Source: Lama guanicoe (lineage: Eukaryota). Taken from it: a stretch of 64,000 nucleotides of DNA. The position numbers and the translations under genes were made by a program. Each line of letters starts with the position of its first letter. Within the stretch, counting starts at the first letter, position 1. Below, piece after piece: positions 63,882 through 64,000 of this stretch. The notes beneath the pieces are model-generated. The model did no database searches. It was not told the origin of the DNA and saw only the letters and a program-made list of their open reading frames with translations. The stretch covers positions 13,362,974 to 13,426,973 of the forward strand of contig MU054187.1 of assembly GCA_013239625.1 (NCBI GenBank). Direction: 5' to 3'.

Positions 63882-64000
63882 TGCTGTTGACCCTTGAAAA
63901 ACAAAGGTTTGAACTGTGAGGGTCCACATATTAGTGGATTTTTTTTCAGTAGTAAACACAGCAATGTACTACATGATCTGAGGTTGGTTGAATCCACAGA
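63882..64000 (+). mobile_element. Tigger1-type DNA transposon left end (runs off window)
   Basis: GTTGACCCTTGAAAAACAAAGGTTTGAACTGTGAGGGTCCAC...GGTTGGTTGAATCC matches the Tigger1 terminus. Confidence 0.8.

Noticed and set aside
40000..64000. TRPA1 exons expected from synteny
   Set aside because: No ankyrin-repeat or TRP channel coding sequence recognised; the gene presumably lies beyond the window.

Overview
Mammalian genomic DNA. The young L1 3' ends and the apparent lack of Alu/B1/Bov-A/BovB/PRE-1/Can-SINEs suggest a cetartiodactyl, probably a camelid (inference). The only confidently identified protein-coding gene is the two-exon bHLH gene musculin (MSC/MyoR/ABF-1) on the minus strand (CDS 8229-7720 + 6820-6734, 198 aa), lying in a CpG island. 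The remaining ~55 kb upstream of MSC (the MSC-AS1/TRPA1 side in human) holds old and nested transposons (L1, MLT1/MLT2, Charlie, Tigger, MIR/L2) and a decayed RPS20 processed pseudogene inside an L1. The most interesting unexplained structure is a second small CpG island (~12.7-13.1 kb) with four tandem GGTCACGTGG E-boxes. It is followed on the + strand by exon-like segments with consensus splice sites (13.5-13.7, 14.7, 34.1-34.4, 51.4 kb) that can be joined in frame. This is a candidate divergent spliced transcript (MSC-AS1-like) that may encode a small protein or be a decayed gene. Repeat subfamily names come from recognition by eye and their boundaries are approximate.
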